A program made the translations under genes and the position numbers. A DNA stretch of 59,500 bases, counting the filler, from Sphacelaria rigidula (taxonomy: Eukaryota), in assembly GCA_964200075.2 (NCBI GenBank). It is 5 parts of 5 records of this genome, joined end to end, with 100 filler letters (N's around TTAATTAATTAA, not from the genome) between each part and the next. Parts side by side here need not be neighbours in the genome. Positions count along the whole stretch, not along the records: positions 11,922 to 23,742 come from CAXNAA020004461.1; positions 23,843 to 35,662 come from CAXNAA020004462.1; 3 more parts are not named here. The stretch is one strand, 5' to 3'. The notes under the pieces are model-generated. The model saw nothing but the letters and a program-made list of their open reading frames with translations, did not search any database and was not told the origin of the DNA. How positions within the stretch are numbered: position 1 is the stretch's first letter; every line of letters begins with the position of its first letter. This document shows positions 19,016-30,313 of the stretch, in pieces.

Positions 19016-21851
19016 TACAGCGTTTGATGTTTGGGTCCAGGCTGCATGAAGCGTCTCATATTGGCAGCATTAGCGAAAACGAACCCAAGCGTGGGAATTC
19101 CCAGCTGCTCGTTGTGCTCGGCTTTTTTCATTTCGATTTACGTGAAGATTTTGCCTCCCAAACCATGTTGGGGAGGGGCTATCGTAGAAAATGTTTGTCA
19201 AGGATGAGATATCCGGAGAATTTTATCTTCGTATCCACATCAGATCTTCGAATATGGATCCATTTATCTACTTGCTGGTGGCTTTTGACAACTACTACAT
19301 GCCATACAGATTTGGATTCCCTTAACCGACCGGTTACGGTCCAAGGTGAAGTACGAGCTGGTCCAGCCAAGAGTAGGTGTGAATCTTGCTCAGGCGACGC
19401 ACGGCGCGATATTAGGAGTTGGGCGCTGATGGTTTACAGCATCTTGCTATGATCGAAATGCAGATCACGTGAGCAGCAGAGGGAAAAAGGAAAAAAAGAA
19501 GGTGAAGGTATTTGTGTCGGATATACCTCTTTACCGTAACATATCAGAGACTGATATCACACGTGTATAAAGAGCCAGAGCAAGTAGGTACAAGTGGGAA
19601 CGGTCCGCATGAACCAGATTCCCGAGGACTCTGTAATGCCAACGGAACTAGGCAACTCGGGGTGATGCCAGAAAGAGCCTAATATTCAGGACGGTCCAAC
19701 ATCCCCGAGGAACTGGTCGCCTCCAGCGACCACTGTGTCTGACCCAACTTCTTGCCTACATGTCACAAGAGGGAATCATCCTCAGCTTCGGAGTTCCTTC
19801 GGCATCAGGATGACATCTCTTGGGGCAGCCGCTTCCTTAGTCTGTCCCCCCTTTGGATACGTCCTCCTTACATTGGCGACACCAGGATATAACTCAAGTA
19901 GACATCTAGTAGTAGGGCACACGTCTTTCACCATGCCGAGAAAGAAATCCGCCCACAAAAAATCCACCAGAACAACTTCTCGGGGAAGGGTCACTGCGAA
20001 GACCGTCGAGCATCCAACCGCGGCCGTCATGCCATCAACTTCCACCTCGGCGGCGAAAGCGGCAGAGTCCAGAGGCGCAGCGAAACCAGTAGTACCTGCG
20101 CCGGCCGACACAAGCCTGCCCGCTCAACCTTCGTATAGCCACGAGGGGGAAAGCGACAGCGACAACACTGACGACTCTGAGCGGAGCACCGATATCCGTC
20201 AAGTGTCCACCGGTAGGCTTGATGCGCTACGCGACCCCACCAAGCTATCCTCATCCTCTACACCAACCCCTACGCCACAACCCACCATCAAGGAAAAGGC
20301 AGCAGAGCTCGCATATAGGGCGTTGGAGAGAAGCGACGAGGAGGGTACGGAGCCAGCTCCGTGGGTAATGCAAGCTTTGGGGTTTTCGGTACCGCAAGAG
20401 CAGGGAGTTTCACAGGTGTCGAAATCGAGCAACCCAGTAGCATCGGAAATAGAGCATCTAAGTAATAATACGATGCTACAAAACAATACAAGTAAACCCC
20501 AGGATCATGTCAATGATCCAGTCGATAATGTCAAGGTCGAATTGCCTAACACTACGCCGATCCAATCCACAGAGAGCTCAGGGACTTTGACGTTAGATCC
20601 GCCAACAAGCCTCACTGACGTATAAGGAAACAGCCACAACGTAAAGCCTCTGTCTAGTTCAGTGCTGACTCCGCCATCTACAAGCCATAGTAACACCATG
20701 AGAACAAAACATTTTCGATGAAACAATCGGACCTCCCATCAACGTTAATCCTAGAAGGAAAATGGAGTGAGGACGTGCCAGCAATAATTCTCCATGCGTT
20801 TCTCAATCGAGTTAGGATACATGCCCCTGACGATTGCACAGAATCCACAGTACAACGGCACGCCATAAAGCACTCACCACGTATCCTCAGAGGGTCAGCA
20901 GAAAAGTTATACATCCCTCTCGGAAGCGGAAACGTAGAGTGGCGCCCACTACCTGTACTGCAAGACCTCAAATCGAGAGGAAAATATACCGCACCCATTG
21001 CCCCGAAAACGTGGACAGAATGGGTAGCGGCCTACACCCATCGCTTCTCAAACCAACTAGCACCGTTAGCCCGTGGGATAGCCGATCTGAAGCAGGAAAA
21101 AGGTCAGAACATAGACGACTATGCACTGGAAGGTACGACTTCGATGGACACATTCGCGACCGAGGCCTTGCGGGTGAAATTTCCTGGCCACGACACGCTT
21201 CGCATTATAATAGACGTGATCACAACAGCAGCATTTGAGACCGGGCTTAAACCCCATATCAGAGTTGAAATGGTGAGAGAAGATAGTACGCTCGACTTCC
21301 AAACTGCGACAGCGTGAGCGAAAAAACACGAACAAAACAATCTCCGCACATGGCCAAGCCTAACCGGAGACACTCCCCATGTCTCGGCCGCAACCGTAAA
21401 TTCCCCACGTCCACAGCTAGCAGAAATGATCGCCGATCATGGCGCAATCCTTACGGACCTTCAGTCGCAGTTATAAACGATTAATGGAGAGAGAGGGAGA
21501 GCGGAGAAACGGTCTGCTAGCATAGACAGGAGCGCGAGTAAATCAGGGGGAGAGTTGAAAAACGTACGCTTCAAGGATAGTAATGGTAAGAATACATCCA
21601 ATGACAAGTAGTTGAGCGGTAAAACGAAGCAATCAGCCCGTTGTGAATACGCATCATGCAGGTACAAGAACACACACGAGACAGAAGATTGCCGCCTTAT
21701 GCAGAGCCATGTAGAGTCTGCAAAAACGTACAACCCGTGAAGACGCCCAAGAGAGGACCCCTCGTCTGATCAGGGCAGAAACGGCAAATCCTTACGTAGA
21801 AAATCGAGGGAAACAGGAGGACGCGAAATCGTCAACCCTCTGGCTCGTAAG

Positions 21852-22979
21852 ATGGGAGAGTTTCATTTTTCTGACAGTACGGCAGACCAACCACTGAGAC
21901 TGCGTAAGAGGTCTCGGGTAGAGGTCAACCATGTACGAGATGAGCACGAGCAGGAGCATAGCAACAGAGAGCAGAGTACAAATAGCGAATGCGTAGAACA
22001 AATGCAACCTATATTTTTAGCTCCGCAGGCGGCTTTTGTGAGTAACTCATTGGAGAAAAATAAAAAATCGAAACACCAATCTTCTTTTTCAAATCCGATC
22101 ATAAATGATCACTGTTATGACTCTTACAACGCATCTTCGCTTGCCAGATATACAGTTGCACCCTTAGCACTGTCCTGTGCATCGGCCTGTGTGAGAGTCA
22201 CAGCCAGAGTCAACGGCGCCCTCGCTGAAAAAATCACAATTGATTCCGCAGCAGATGTGTCCTGTATCAGCAAAAGGTTCATCGATGAACAACCGGCCAT
22301 AATGGCAGCTGATATAAAGCCAGTACCGCCGGGGTCAATAGACCTCAGAAGTGCGGACGGCTCCCCCATGAAAATTCTAGGTTTCATACGTTTCGAACTT
22401 ACGTTAGGGATAAAAACCCTACCAGTAGAAGCGTTCGTATTGCCTAACCTAGGACCGGATTGCCTGTTACTGGACAATTCCGGTATGAGTGTTTTCCAAG
22501 CTATACTCGACTGGCAAGCGGAAGAGCTAACATTCCGTGATTCCAGTATAACAAAACAAGCATCGCATCGAAAACAACAGCGTTCACAAAATACGACACA
22601 CCCCGAAACGACGCATTGTTCTGTAGTCAAAGTGAACTGTTCGAACGCTGTTCCAGTTTTTCTCACGAAGAAGTACAATGTGCCTCCGCAGAGTGAGATG
22701 ACAGTATTAGTTAAACGGAAAATACCTACAGCAGCCGTCATAGAACCACGCATTATAACCGAAGAAGACATTCGATCAACCGATGTACTCCCAGCGTTCA
22801 CGCGCATCATCGTTGCAAGGGCGATGTGCACACGGTCGGCAACAAATAAGACGGCAATGGTACAAATCGCCAATCCGTCGAATCGACATGTGAACCTGAA
22901 ACGTAATACGATTTTAGGCCTATATCACCCCAGTACGAGAAACAAAACCAGCTACAGTCAGTGCAATGGCGGAAAATAA
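21852..22979 (+). pseudogene. Gypsy aspartic protease region
   Basis: VNG...ITIDSAADVSCIS...CLLLDN retropepsin pattern; frameshifted relative to RT. Confidence 0.8.
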
Positions 22980-23133
22980 CGTGTCAGAGAGAAAGAAAAT
23001 GCGAAAGAGGAAGTACGTCCAGCTTTACGCAAAGCTTTCGAAAATACGACCTTTTCCCCTGAACAATGCTCTCAAATACTGGATCTTTGCGCAAAATACC
23101 GTTCTGTGTTTTCACTTACTCCGCAGGAGTTAG

Positions 23134-23676
23134 TTGGGCTATTGTACGTTAGAGGAAGCACGCTTTCCGCTCAAACCTGGGACTCAGCCGGTAGACCGAG
23201 CGTCATGTAGAGCAAACCCCAGAGTGCAAGACGCAATCGACAAATGCGTCGACCAGATGAAAGAAGATGGTATAGTCGAACAACGCCCAAGCCCGTGGGG
23301 ATCAGCGGTTACAATAGTCGTAAAAGCAGACGGAACAGCACGATTATACGCAGATTATCGAGCAACGATAAATACAAACTTGATTAGCAAATCATGGCCC
23401 ATGCCAGCTGTGGAAAGTCACATAGATACAGTAGCGAGGGCAAGAATAATGACAGTTTGCGATGTACAAAGTGCGTTCCACCAGATACCAGAGGTAGAAA
23501 GCAAAAAAGAGAAAACAGCGTTTGTAACTCGAAGAGAGAAATGGGTGTTCAACCGGTTACCATTTGGTTTAGCGTGTTCACCCTTTATCTTCTCACGCAT
23601 AATGACACTAGCATTTGCACACTTCGGACCCAAGAGTGGCTTACTAATGTATATGGATGACATAATTTACAAGTAG
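23134..23676 (+). pseudogene. Gypsy reverse transcriptase fragment
   Basis: SPWGS, CDVQSAFHQI, KTAF, RLPFGL, YMDD. Confidence 0.92.
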
Positions 23677-23742
23677 GTCTCCTGTAGTTCAATCGGTCTC
23701 ATACGGATCTTTTGTAGTGTGGGTACCCTTTTTTCGTGTAGA

Positions 23743-23842
23743 NNNNNNNNNNNNNNNNNNNNNNNNNNNNNNNNNNNNNNNNNNNNTTAATTAATTAANN
23801 NNNNNNNNNNNNNNNNNNNNNNNNNNNNNNNNNNNNNNNNNN
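23743..23842. other. Artificial spacer
   Basis: N44-TTAATTAATTAA-N44. Confidence 0.97.
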
Positions 23843-24425
23843 GATTGACCGCTTTTCACTCTCAATCGTATCATCTACTCTCAATCTCACGAAAACATTG
23901 TTGCTTTCGTTTTAACTCGGATCCGTCTCCTATGTGATCCGCTGGGACCTGGATGTGTTCATATGCGACAATCAAGCGACCAATCATCAATCAACTCGAT
24001 CATCGGTATTTTTTCGGTGCATGGTTTGTCACCTTCACTGGAAACTTTGAGAGTAGTAGGTGGGCGTTTGAAAAAGGAGCAAGCCATCCTCAGGACACTT
24101 TTCTCAATCTTGTCACCGAGACAAAACGGAGGAAAACGCCATTTTTCGAGCGGGTGCTATTGACCGTATGTGGTCCAAACATATGGTTTTCCTGCTGTAG
24201 CGCAATGGGGATAAATACAAAATAAAAATCAAACCTTACAATGTCTTCGTTATAAGGACCCGGATGAGTTTAGGCCAGCGAGACTATCAAAGAACGAGAA
24301 CCGGGGGCTGTACACTCGTTGGACACCCGACGGTCGATGAGCCCGTAATTCTTCAAATTGGTCGTACTTTTTTTCTCGGAATTTCTCTGGGGTACTCGTG
24401 TATCCCAACTCCAGTTTCAGATTAA

Positions 24426-24528
24426 CCCTTTGACCGCGAGGGTAGATCACCTGCTAAAATCGGCATCGATATTCACTTGAAAAAAGTATGCATTATCCAG
24501 ATGGACTACCCGCACCGCGGTCTAAGGG
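24426..24528. mobile_element. 103-bp piggyBac-like MITE
   Basis: TTAA|CCCTTTGACCGCG ... CGCGGTCTAAGGG|TTAA. Confidence 0.8.
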
Positions 24529-24920
24529 TTAAACGGAAACCGTAATGAGTCGTCGTAACCGAAATACCTGAAGAAAAAAATTTCACTCGACAAATAGTTA
24601 AAAAATGGCGAAGATTTTATCCGGCGATCCATGGTCGTCGGAACGTTACAGCCAAACCACTACTTTCACTATATTTTCATGTCATGTTGTGTGCGCCGCG
24701 ATATCGGAATAATTTCTTGAAACAACAACGTTTTCGTATGATTGGGAGTACTGTAGAGCGTTGATTGAGAGCGGGTTTTATCATTCGCTTTCACTTGACC
24801 AGTTTTCCATTCTGTGTGTGCTTTTCTTTGCTTGTATCACTGGCATGTGCTTACAGCTACACGTCCGTATACTACTCAGGGATATCAACGGCTTCAGTGG
24901 CAAGCTACTTCAGAAAGCAT

Positions 24921-25365
24921 CAAGGTTGTGTTCTGTAGGGCACGGGCATGTCCTGTAGGGTATGGAATTCCTTACGGAACTTGCAGAAATATCGGGTACC
25001 GGTATGAAAGTCTTGCGGAATTACACAACTGTCGGGTACCGGTTTGAAAGTCTCCAAGAATTTACAGAACTTGTCGGGTACGGCACGAGAGGCTTACGGA
25101 AAACCGTACCGGCAATCGGGTATTCCTTTGAGGGCATACCCGCTCTCCGGGTACGGGCATACATCATGTACAGAACTCGCAGGACTGTCGAGCAAGGTTA
25201 TGAGAGGCGTACAGAACCCACAGAAACTGTCGGGCAGGATATGAAGGCTGCACAAAAAACCGTACCCGCAACCGGGTATCTTATCAAGAGCATACCCGTG
25301 CCCCCGGTAACGGTACAGGAAGCTTACAGACTTCACAGAATTGTCGGGTACCGATATGAAAGTGT
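24921..25365 (+). mobile_element. Truncated copy of the CAAGGTTGTGTTCTGTA-TIR element with internal ACAGAAC/GTCGGGTA subrepeats
   Basis: Reverse-complement match to ~29720-30173. Confidence 0.75.
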
Positions 25366-26797
25366 CCGTTACGAGCACGCGTCATAATGTTGGGTCCCAA
25401 CTCGAAAAATCGAGCGATATGCGGCGATTTTTTACCCGCCCTCTTTGATTGATGCCCTGCCTAGCTGTGCACTCTGTTTATTGTGTATGTTACGGTAACT
25501 CACCACGACATGAACTAAAGGAGATGCACTGTCCTGTTCATTTTTCGTCGGTGACCGTTACCTCTGTGCACTGTGCTTGACTGTACTGCATTGATGTTGA
25601 AAAAGAGTGCCCAAGAAATGAAAACGCGCGAATTTCGAAATTCGAGCTAAATTCGAACTGCACTCCCACGGCCTCCTTCCCGAAAGGCAGGCAACAGGGC
25701 TCGACCATTTCTCGTTTATTTCGATTATCGTTGCTATTCTGGCCTCAGTGTAGGAAATATACATCTTCGCGTTTTTCGCCCGTGAGAAGGTACTACGTCG
25801 GACCAAGCACGCAAATCTCGAAAAGTGTCCCACAAACATTGTTCTCGCTTGGGATTGTTGAGGTACATCAGTTAGGGATATGTGCTGCACACGTGCCTGG
25901 AAGAACATGGAAGTACGCCAATTCTCGCCTCATACGGCCAGTCGATAAAGCTCGCCCGTCGACCGAAGCTTCCCTTACTGTAAGTAGTTAGGTCAGATGT
26001 TGACAGGTACATCTTGTATTTCTTCTTCTTCTTATTATTATTTTGCGCACTAGCCCGATCTCTGGAACCCGTGGTCGCAGACGTGGGCTCGCCTTTCCAA
26101 TACCGTCACTGCCATTCCGTACCGGAGATAGAGCTCCCATTGCTTCTTCTGAGACTGCGAAAACAAGAGCAAAACAACATAAAATAAAAACAACAGGAGA
26201 TGGGCGTCAAGAAACCAAAAGAGCAGAAGCATCCGCCCGAGTTGGTGCGGTGTGTGGTAGAGACAAACACATCAAATTTGCCAGAAAAGTAAACACAAGA
26301 AAAAAGCAGAAGATGAAAAAGACAAGATGAACTACAATGGATACCACCCGAGAGTCAAAACAACAGCCCCAGGTGCCCTCACAGGAAAATATCGAAGTCG
26401 TTTGGAAGACGGCAATATGTAGTCGTTCTTTTTCCGGAATATATTTCCTGGACTGCCCTGCCCACCTTTTCTAGGTGAGTGCGGACCACCTGCAACACCT
26501 CGCGTAGTCCGAGCGTGCGCTACCCAAGCCTCCAGTAACAACAACTATGACACCCGCAGAATCGAGTTTTTACCCGCTTATTTGCCATTCGCCAAAAACA
26601 ACGACCAAGTCTAGCATGTCTTTCCGGGAATAAAATTTCAAGTGTATCCGCTGACGCGCCATCCAACTATGTATAGCCGTTGTTCTCGGGGAAATGACCT
26701 CGGGATTTCGTATTCTCGTTATATTTAGGGCTCTGACAAAAAAGTGAGGTTGAACATTAGGATGAGGTTCAACTCCAAAACAGTGCTTCCCCTCAAC

Positions 26798-27230
26798 AGC
26801 CGATCACCGAAATTGAGGACGGAGCTTTTCATTGAAGATGAGAACCCGGAAAATTATAAACCTTTCGTGTTCACACCATATCTCCGAAATATGGTTCCAT
26901 CCCTTCACCTGCTGGTGGCTATTGACAACTGCTACACGCACTACAAATTTGGATTTCGATAACCGAAATGTTGGGGTCCTAGATGAAGAAATATTTTTGG
27001 GAAATTTAGGTGATTCGATCGGATCGCCGAAATTCCCCGAAATTGGTTCTTCACCCAGGATTTCGGTTATCGAAAAACATATTTGCATGACGTGTAGTAC
27101 TTATCAATAGCTATCAGTAGGTGAAGGAATGGAACCACATCTCGAAGATTTGGTATATATACAAAGATTTTAAGCTTCCGGGTTCTCATCTTCAATAAAA
27201 AGCTCCACCCTCAATTTCGATGATCGGCTG
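26798..27230. mobile_element. ~430-bp fold-back (near-palindromic) element
   Basis: CAGCCGATCACCGAAATTGAGG ... CCTCAATTTCGATGATCGGCTG with arms pairing over ~180 bp; a relic of one arm is also at ~19200-19320. Confidence 0.8.
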
Positions 27231-27557
27231 TTCCTGGCCTAAAGTCATGACGAATGACTTTCATATGGACGACCTTATGCCCCCCGATCTCCCTGAGACT
27301 GTCGAAGGGAGTTTCCCGTCTTCCGTTCGCCCACAGGGTATTTATGAGCGGAAGTACTTTCTTGCCTCGATTTCGAGGTGGGAAGAGGGACGCTTTTACG
27401 TAGCCCGAAAGTGATGCTTTCCCACATACCCTTTCGGAGAACGGAAGACGGGAAACCCCCGAAAACGTTTCAGGGCGGTCGGGGGGCATGAGGTCCTCCA
27501 TGTGAAATTCATTCATCATGCACTTCAGGTCAGGGACAGCACCGCTAAGGGGTTGAG
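27231..27557. mobile_element. Second fold-back element adjoining, or interrupted by, the first
   Basis: ATGGACGACCTTATGCCCCCCGA / TCGGGGGGCATGAGGTCCTCCAT and TTTCCCGTCTTCCGTTC / GAACGGAAGACGGGAAA inverted arms. Confidence 0.7.
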
Positions 27558-28421
27558 CCTCATTTTATTGTCAAACATCATTTTGGGAGATAATCTATTG
27601 TACCTCGATACAACGGTAGGTTGGGGAATATGTACCATAACGCACCGGCTCTCCCTCGCCAGTCGGCAGAGAGTTGCAGGGCGATGTCATGATGTGCTCG
27701 ACCACGGAGAACTGCACATGTTCTCCAACCATCCGTTGATCCGTAGAAGGATCGCGGAACGAGAATACAAATCCGCCATATCTTTCCCCCGAGAACGACG
27801 ACTATACAATAATAGTTGGTCGGCGCCTCGAGCGCATACACTCGAAAACAAATCCCGGAAAGATACGCCCCATTTGGCCGTTGGGTTTGGCGAATGGCAA
27901 ACATGACGGGAAAAAATAGATTCTGCGGGTGCCATGGTTGTTGATGTTGGGGGGCTTTGGGTGGCGTACGTGGTGACTAGCTACACTGGGGTGTTGCAGG
28001 CAATCCGCAACCACCTAGAAGAAAAGGTGGGCGGGGCGGTCCAGAATAGGTTTTTCAGAGCAAGAGTGACTGCACAAGGTGTATCTGTCGACATCTGGCC
28101 TAGCTACTTGGGGTAAGGCAGGTTTCGGTTGACGGGAGAGCTTTGGCACATGGCCGCATGAGGCGAGAATTCGTGTATTTTCGCGTTTTCCTTCAAGGCA
28201 CGGGTGCAGCACAAATCCCCAACGGATGTGCATCAAGGATCCCGAGCGAAAATGACGTTTGTGGGCCATTTTTCCAAGTTCGCGTATTTGGTCCAGAATA
28301 GACCCCTCTGAGGGCAAGAACCCGAAGGTATACCTTGTCTAGACTGACGCACTTCTTGAGTCCATCAGGGGCCGGCACTGCATCTTTCTCCCGTCTCGAG
28401 TTTTATGTTCGCGAATATTTC

Positions 28422-30173
28422 CAAGGTTGTGTTCTGTAGGGTACGGGTTTCTGTATACACGGGGTATTTTGCCGGGTATTTACCGTACCCAACAGTTCTG
28501 TGATTCTGTAAGACTTTCATACCGGTCCCCAACTGTTTTGTAAACTCTGTAAGACTTTCATACCCTTACCCGATAGTTCTGTGATCTCTGTAAGACTCCC
28601 GAACCGTTACCGGGGGGCACGGATACGCTTTTGACAAGATACCCGGTTGCGGTCACGGTTTTCTGTGCAACCTCCATACCCTACCCAACAGTTTCTGTGA
28701 GTTCTGTAAGCCTCCCATACCCTTACCCGACAGGTCTGTGAGTTCTGCACAGAATGTTTACCCGTACCGAGAGTGCGGATATGCTCTTGAACGATACCCG
28801 ATTGCCGGTACCGGTTTTCTGTAAGCCTCCCATACCGTACCCGACAAGTTCTGTGACTTCTGTAAGACTTTCATCCAGTACCGGTACCCGACAGTTCTGT
28901 GAGCTCCGTAAGCCTCCCATACCTTTACCCGGGGTTGGGGTGTACCGTTATAGATATACCCCGATTGCAGGTATGAGCACAGGTATATACCTCGGCTAGG
29001 CACGAATATAGGTTCAATCCAAACACAACTTCATGACCTAAACATGTATCTCCCATCGATCAACCCATCTAACTCCTTCATTCAAAACTGCACACCAACA
29101 ATAATTAGATTTGAAAAGTTCTGTAGTTTGGGATCTGGCGGGATACGAGGTACCGCTGAGTGGAAACACGAAACATGAGCAGCACTGCAGACCGTCAGAA
29201 TGGATCATCCCCAGACTCGAATGATGACTCGAGCGGGGACGGTTCATCTGTGCCTACAGGGGATCAAGTAGCGAGACGCATGTCATCGACGTTGATGGCG
29301 GTTGTGTCGTGGTCATCAACCCCCAGGCCGTTATCGACATGTACACCACAGAGTATGAGCTGCCATCGAAAGTCGTCAAGGCCGTCGGCGATTTTGTCGC
29401 AAGCCGAAGGCTTTCCAGAGAACGGGCAGCCGTGAATATTCCTTCATGTACTCTCTGGGAGTGTACGTGGAGCCCATAGAAGTTGACGATCCCATGCACA
29501 TGTACTGCTGCGATTGCTCGTGTAGTCTCTCTCTATCATCCCCGTGAAGCCGTTCTAAGTTTTCGTGAACTGTCATCTTCTGTATTCCGCTACTGTTGTA
29601 GTGACGTAGGTCCCACCACAGGGGTGACGATAATACCAAGGTCGTGTTTTGTAGGGTAGGGTTTTCTGTATACCCGGGGTATTTTGCCGGGTATTTACCG
29701 TACCCGACAGTTCTGTAAACTCTGTATGACTTTCATACCCGTACCCGATAGTTCTGTGAGTTCTGTAGGCCTCCTGTACCGTTACCGGGGGGCACGGGTA
29801 TGCTCTTGATAAGAAACCGGTTGCGGGTACGGTTTTCTGTGCAACCTCCATACCCTACCCGACAGTTTCTGTGAGTTCTGTAAGCCTCCCATACCCTTAC
29901 CCGACAGTTCTGTGAGTTCTGTACAAAAATTTTACCTTAACCCGAGGGGCGGGTATGCCCTAAAAGAATTACCTGATTGCCGGTACCGGTTTTCTGTAAG
30001 CCTCCCATACCGTACCCGACAAGTTCCGTGACGTCTGTAAGAATTTCATACGCGTACCCGACAGTTCGGTAAACACTGTGAGACTTTCATACCGGTACCC
30101 GGCGGTTCTGTTATTTCTGTAAGGAATCTCATATCCTACAGAACGTACCCGTACCTTACAGAACACAACCTTG
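28422..30173. mobile_element. Composite TIR element with duplicated left end (28422, 29637) and 9-bp TSD-like flanks
   Basis: CAAGGTTGTGTTCTGTAGGGTAC ... GTACCTTACAGAACACAACCTTG; flanks GAATATTTC / AAATATTTC; ~41-bp internal subrepeats. Confidence 0.7.
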
Positions 30174-30266
30174 AAATATTTCCGTTGTGCTTCACCTTGG
30201 TTGGGTCCGTCTATCGTGTAGCTAATGACCACGACTGGATTCCTCGGGCACCAGTGAATGTGCGAT

Positions 30267-30313
30267 AATCAATCAATCAATCAATCAATCAAACAAACAA
30301 ACAAACAAACAAA
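30267..30313 (+). repeat. (AATC)n(AAAC)n microsatellite tail
   Basis: Directly visible. Confidence 0.9.

Larger units (their letters stand above)
17787..19195. mobile_element. GAC...GTC MITE family copy, expanded by nested insertions
   Basis: TIR GACACTTTCTACGATAGCCCCCC; the internal sequence matches 34297-34567 and 47197-47445 once 17852-19015 is removed; flanks TATC/TGTC. Confidence 0.8.
19513..23676 (+). mobile_element. Ty3/Gypsy LTR retrotransposon, degenerate and truncated just after RT YMDD
   Basis: Putative LTR TG(19513)...CA(19872) followed by PBS-like TGGCGACACCAGG; gag-like ORFs 19933-21740 with CEYASCRYKNTHETEDC knuckle; protease ITIDSAADVSCIS; RT SPWGSAVTIV, DYR, LPFGL, YMDD; PR-RT order. 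Confidence 0.9.

Noticed and set aside
24962-25387. 141-aa ORF with ELxELxGxG repeats (also 28723-29003 and 29573-30232)
   Set aside because: Translation of non-coding MITE subrepeats; frames are not conserved between copies
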